Assembly (NCBI GenBank): GCA_965662235.1
Contig: CBFIGY010000003.1
Span: forward strand, 160,001-224,000
Length of the DNA stretch: 64,000 nt
Source: an uncultured bacterium
GTDB lineage: Bacteria > SAR324 > NAC60-12
Direction: 5' to 3'
Below, one piece after another: positions 60,233 to 64,000 of the stretch. Both the position numbers and the translations under genes were made by a program. The notes under the pieces were generated by a model. That model was given only the letters and a program-made list of their open reading frames with translations. It did not search any database and had not been told where the DNA came from. Position 1 is the first letter of the stretch, and each line of letters opens with the position of its first letter.

Positions 60233-61210
60233 ATGAAACGACTGACTCTCTTCATGGGGCTGCTCCTCTTCTTGGCCCCGCTGGGGAACGCCACCCTCAT
60301 TTCCAGCTGGAAGCCCCTGCTGACACCTACGGAACTGCACTCGCTCCTGCAGGCGCACCCTGGGTTCATCACACTGGTGGACATCCGAGCGCTGGACGCC
60401 TCCACTCCGGATGCGTCCTACAACGCGGGGCACCTTCCTTTCGCCGTGTCCTCGCCTTATGCCACCTGGCGCGGTCAACCCGACAATCCGGGTCAGCTGG
60501 TTTCACAGGAAAAGCTCACCTGGCTGGTGCAAGCCCTCGGGGTGGAAGCCGAAACGCCTGTTGTTGTCATTCACCAGGGGCACACCTCCAGCGACTTTGG
60601 TGCCGCCGCCCGCGTGTACTGGAACCTCAAGTCGGCCGGGCTTCAGCAGCTCGCCCTCCTCAACGGAGGTTTTCTCGCCTGGAAGGCCGCCGGCTTGCCC
60701 ATCAGTCAAGAAGCACACACTCCCCTTCCCAGCGACTACCCAGCGCAGTTCCAGCCTCAGTGGCGAGCCACTACCGCCGAGGTTGAGCAGTTGCTGCAGC
60801 AAGAAACCGTTCAGCTGCTGGACGCCCGTCCGGTTGCCTTCTTTGAAGGACACAGCTGGCACACTGCAGCAGCCCGTCCCGGCACCATTGCAGGGGCAGA
60901 GGATTTCGACAACCAGCTCTGGTTCCAAGAGGGCGGACCCCAGCTGGCTTCTCGTGACACCATTGCCGCGCTGATCCGCGAGCATCAGTTGGGACAGGTG
61001 GCCACCACCGTTTCCTTCTGCAACACCGGACACTGGGCCGCAACCAACTGGTTTGTCCTCAGTGAGTTGGGGAACGTGCCGGGCGTCAAGCTTTATCCGG
61101 AGTCGCTGGTGGAATGGTCGGCGCGTGGGCTTCCCATGACCAATGTTCCCGGACGGTTGGAATGGGCATGGCGCTCCACCCAACAGTGGCTCACCAAGCA
61201 GCTCAACTGA
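60233..61210 (+). CDS. Exported tandem-domain rhodanese/sulfurtransferase
   Basis: Signal peptide; VDIR, GHLP, AARVYW, LNGG..AW, LLDAR, active loop FCNTGHWA, LYPES. Confidence 0.9.
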   Translation: MKRLTLFMGLLLFLAPLGNATLISSWKPLLTPTELHSLLQAHPGFITLVDIRALDASTPDASYNAGHLPFAVSSPYATWRGQPDNPGQLVSQEKLTWLVQALGVEAETPVVVIHQGHTSSDFGAAARVYWNLKSAGLQQLALLNGGFLAWKAAGLPISQEAHTPLPSDYPAQFQPQWRATTAEVEQLLQQETVQLLDARPVAFFEGHSWHTAAARPGTIAGAEDFDNQLWFQEGGPQLASRDTIAALIREHQLGQVATTVSFCNTGHWAATNWFVLSELGNVPGVKLYPESLVEWSARGLPMTNVPGRLEWAWRSTQQWLTKQLN

Positions 61211-61221
61211 CCGGAGGACGC

Positions 61222-62358
61222 ATGACGCTTTCACTCGCTGCTCCTGCCCCTCAGGAAGGCCTCCGGGTGGGAAAGTACCTGACGCTCGGACTCATCGCCC
61301 TGTTGCTGGCGCTCAGTCTGGCTGTCTATGCCGGCCTCCGGCAGGGACTGCTGCTGCTGATCGGGCTGGGCTTTGGAGCCACGCTGGAGGGACTCCGGTT
61401 TGGGTTTGCTGGGCCCTGGAGGCAGGTGATCCTGCAGGGAGACACACGGGGGTTGCGGGCGCAGCTTCTCGCCATTGCCCTTACCGCCCTAATCAGCCTC
61501 CCCTTGCTGGCGCAGGCTCCAGAGGAGCTGATCGGCGCCGCAGGTCCAATCGGCGTTTCCATGATTCTGGGAGCCTTCCTCTTTGGAGGCGCCATGCAGG
61601 TGGTGCTCGGCTGTGGTTCCGGAACCCTTGTCAACGCTGGTAGCGGCAACCTGATGGGGCTGTGGGCCCTGCCGTTCTTCATTGCTGGAAGCTTTCTCGG
61701 CACCCTGCACCTTCCGAAGTGGGAACAACTGGGGACCCATGCACCCGTGGTTCTGAGCCAGGCTTTTGGTCCGGTCGCTGCGACGCTGTGCACCGTCGCC
61801 GTGCTGCTGTTGCTGATTGGAATCTGCTGGTACCGCGCGGCACCGCACGAACGGGCTTTGCCTCCGCGACTTTGGTGGGCCGCCGGGTTGCTTGCGGTTT
61901 TTGCTGGACTGAACCTGCTGGTTGCGGGTCAACCGTGGGGAGTGGTTTATGGCCTCGGGCTGTGGGGCGCCAAGGTCGTCACCTGGGCCGGAGGTGACCT
62001 GAGCACCTTCGCCTTTTGGGGGGCTTCCGGAAATGCGGAACGCCTCACCAGCAGCCTCTTGCTGGACGTCACCTCTGTCACCAACCTAGGGCTGCTGCTG
62101 GGGGCTGCTCTTGCGGCATACGGAAAGGGAACGTGGTCGGCGCCTGTCACGATGCTGCCTCGCTTCTGGTGGATCGGAGCGGGTGCCGCAGGCCTCATGG
62201 GCTACGCGTCTCGCCTTGCCTACGGCTGCAACGTCGGCGCCTTCTTCAGTGGCATCGCTTCCGGAAGCCTTCACGGCTGGGTCTGGCTGATTGCGGCGTT
62301 TGCCGGATCGTGGGTAGGGGTTCGTGTGCGGACTCGGCTTCTGGAGACACCGTCATGA
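61222..62358 (+). CDS. YeeE/YedE-family sulfur-compound transporter
   Basis: Multi-TM; RFGF, GCGSGTL, RLAYGCN; GGAGG before ATG 61222. Confidence 0.9.
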   Translation: MTLSLAAPAPQEGLRVGKYLTLGLIALLLALSLAVYAGLRQGLLLLIGLGFGATLEGLRFGFAGPWRQVILQGDTRGLRAQLLAIALTALISLPLLAQAPEELIGAAGPIGVSMILGAFLFGGAMQVVLGCGSGTLVNAGSGNLMGLWALPFFIAGSFLGTLHLPKWEQLGTHAPVVLSQAFGPVAATLCTVAVLLLLIGICWYRAAPHERALPPRLWWAAGLLAVFAGLNLLVAGQPWGVVYGLGLWGAKVVTWAGGDLSTFAFWGASGNAERLTSSLLLDVTSVTNLGLLLGAALAAYGKGTWSAPVTMLPRFWWIGAGAAGLMGYASRLAYGCNVGAFFSGIASGSLHGWVWLIAAFAGSWVGVRVRTRLLETPS

Positions 62359-62528
62359 GACTTCGCCGAGCCCATGGAGTGGGGGTGCTGCTGCTGGCAC
62401 TGGGGCTGCTCATTGGCCTCGACCTGATCCGGAGCGCGCCGGTGGATCCCTTTCAGGCTCCTCCTCCGTTGGCTTGGGGTTCCGGCGAAAAGGCCTCCGG
62501 GGGCTTCTGCGCGGTTCCGACTCCGTAA
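62355..62528 (+). CDS. 57-aa membrane-anchored microprotein with a C-terminal Gly/Cys tail
   Basis: ATGA overlap with the yeeE stop, GGAG upstream; MRLRRAHGVGVLLLALGLLIGLDLIRSAPVDPFQAPPPLAWGSGEKASGGFCAVPTP. Confidence 0.7.
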   Translation: MRLRRAHGVGVLLLALGLLIGLDLIRSAPVDPFQAPPPLAWGSGEKASGGFCAVPTP

Positions 62529-62529
62529 C

Positions 62530-63411
62530 TCAATTTACCGAGATCGCGGCGGCAACCGCCTTGCGGTTTTCCCGGTACCAGACGAACACCCCTGCGACCA
62601 CAATGACCAAGGCTCCTAGGTACGTGGGACCGTCCGGAACCTCCTCAAAGAACCACCAGCCCCAGACGCTGTTAAACATCAGCCCAAAGTAGGAGAACGG
62701 CGCAATCACAGAGGCCTGGGTGTAGCGCAGGGCAAAGATGAGAACCAGGTGCCCGATGCCTCCGATCACACCAAACGTTGCCAGCACCGGCAGATCCGGC
62801 GTTTCGATGGGGGTCCAGTGAAAGGGGGCCATGAACGAAGCAAACACGGTTCCGATCAGAGATGTGTAGAGGAAGCTCGTCCAAGCAGGCTCTTCCGAGC
62901 CTAGGAACCGTGTGGCAATGGAGTATCCGGCAAAGCAACAGGCGGCTAAAATCGGCAGCAACGCGTATGGGGTGAACACCTCGCTGCCCGGACGAATGAT
63001 GATCAACGCCCCCAGCAGTCCAGCCGTGACCCCGAACCAGCGCGATCGCCCCACCTGCTCCCGGAGGAGAAAGAAGGAAAAAATGGTGATCACCAGCGGA
63101 GCCACCTCAAAAATGGCAGTCATCTCTGCCAGCTTCAGGTACCGGAAGCCACTGAAGAAGAGCAACGTTGCGCCAAACAGCAGCGCCGACCGTAGCAGCT
63201 GCAGCTTGAAGTACTGGGTCCGCAGCAGTCGTTTGAGAAAGGGGGAGAGGAGCAAAAACGACCAAAACGTCTGACTGGAGTAACGTGCCCACACCACCTG
63301 CACCGGATCGTAACGCTCCGAAAGCGCCTTCGCAGTGGCATCCATGCAGCTAAAGGAAAAGACGGCCAGGATCATCAGCAAAATGCCCTTGGCCACCGGA
63401 TGAATGGCCAT
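62530..63411 (-). CDS. DMT/EamA-family transporter
   Basis: GILLM..MDATAK, VWARY, LREQVG, IIRPG, APFSY. Confidence 0.9.
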   Translation of the reverse strand: MAIHPVAKGILLMILAVFSFSCMDATAKALSERYDPVQVVWARYSSQTFWSFLLLSPFLKRLLRTQYFKLQLLRSALLFGATLLFFSGFRYLKLAEMTAIFEVAPLVITIFSFFLLREQVGRSRWFGVTAGLLGALIIIRPGSEVFTPYALLPILAACCFAGYSIATRFLGSEEPAWTSFLYTSLIGTVFASFMAPFHWTPIETPDLPVLATFGVIGGIGHLVLIFALRYTQASVIAPFSYFGLMFNSVWGWWFFEEVPDGPTYLGALVIVVAGVFVWYRENRKAVAAAISVN

Positions 63412-63656
63412 CCACTGAGAAGTGAGCGTTGTCAAACAGAGACTCCGGAGCAAGCGTTGGTGGAAGCGAATCAGGGGCAAGCAGCGTTATCAATACACAG
63501 TTGCCCGGGAAGTTGCAACGAAACTCGGTCGGACAGAAGTTTCTTGACGCCGCATCAGCGTGCCAGTAGGCTTGTCGCTTCCTTCTTGTTCGCCGCGGCT
63601 CCCGGGGTTTCTGTGGGGATGCCTCGTATCCGCCTCTTCTCCAGTTTGAGGATCAC

Positions 63657-64000
63657 GTGACCGCACAGGCCGCCTCCCCTCCCTTTCTGTCAGACCCGCT
63701 CAAAGGCATCCTCCTGATGCTGCTCGGCATGGTGCTGGTGCCCATGCTCGACGTCTGTGCCAAGCTGCTCTCTGACACCATTCCGTTGCCACAGATCGTC
63801 TGGGCGCGTTTTGCCACCAGCACCGTCATGCTCCTGCCGTTGGTCCTCTGGCGGCATCCGCGCCTCAACTACCGCAAGCTGGCGTGGCGCTGGCAGCTGC
63901 CTCGGGCGGTCTTCATGGTCGCCTCCACCTTTTGCTTCTTCGGGGCCATTCGGGGCATGAACATTCCCGATGCCCTTGCCCTTGCCTTCATCTACCCCAT
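63657..64000 (+). CDS. DMT/EamA-family transporter, truncated by the window end
   Basis: Read manually from GTG 63657: MTAQAASPPFLSDPLKGILLMLLGMVLVPMLDVCAK...IVWARF...AFIYP. Confidence 0.85.
   Translation, partial: MTAQAASPPFLSDPLKGILLMLLGMVLVPMLDVCAKLLSDTIPLPQIVWARFATSTVMLLPLVLWRHPRLNYRKLAWRWQLPRAVFMVASTFCFFGAIRGMNIPDALALAFIYP

Noticed and set aside
62016..62354. 170-aa ORF as listed in the track
   Set aside because: The first 113 codons overlap yeeE out of frame; only the part from ATG 62355 is credible
1..64000. tRNA, rRNA, IS, integrase or prophage
   Set aside because: None recognised by eye; a tRNAscan/Infernal/ISEScan run would be needed to exclude them formally

Overview
GC-rich (about 60% by eye) bacterial chromosomal segment. 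The + strand looks C-rich throughout and most genes are on the - strand. Gene content suggests a marine Deltaproteobacteria-like heterotroph, possibly SAR324-type (inference). No rRNA, tRNA, CRISPR array, IS or prophage was recognised. Main blocks: (1) membrane adenylate cyclase, secreted caspase/C-type-lectin fusion and tandem-LamG lipoprotein; (2) taurine desulfonation xsc-tpa-ald, divergent from iclR-ackA; (3) galU, rfbD and a POTRA-less Omp85-like gene; (4) ectoine/hydroxyectoine uptake and catabolism ehuABCD-eutABCDE; (5) shuffled housekeeping genes (dppDF, ygfZ, folD, mgsA, rfbB, hemAC, pgsA); (6) a SorC-regulated sugar/polyol ABC cluster with apulose-kinase/transketolase-like genes and an SDR in place of an isomerase; (7) rho-rpmE-prfA, Ca2+ P-type ATPase, two minor pilins, trmL, ddl; (8) exported rhodanese, YeeE transporter and a 57-aa Cys-tailed membrane microprotein; two DMT transporters. 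The most notable candidates are block 1, block 8, the putative apiitol route in block 6, and strong over-representation of the palindrome TCCGGA. All family calls come from motif recognition, not database searches. Several start codons were moved from the ORF track to more plausible sites.
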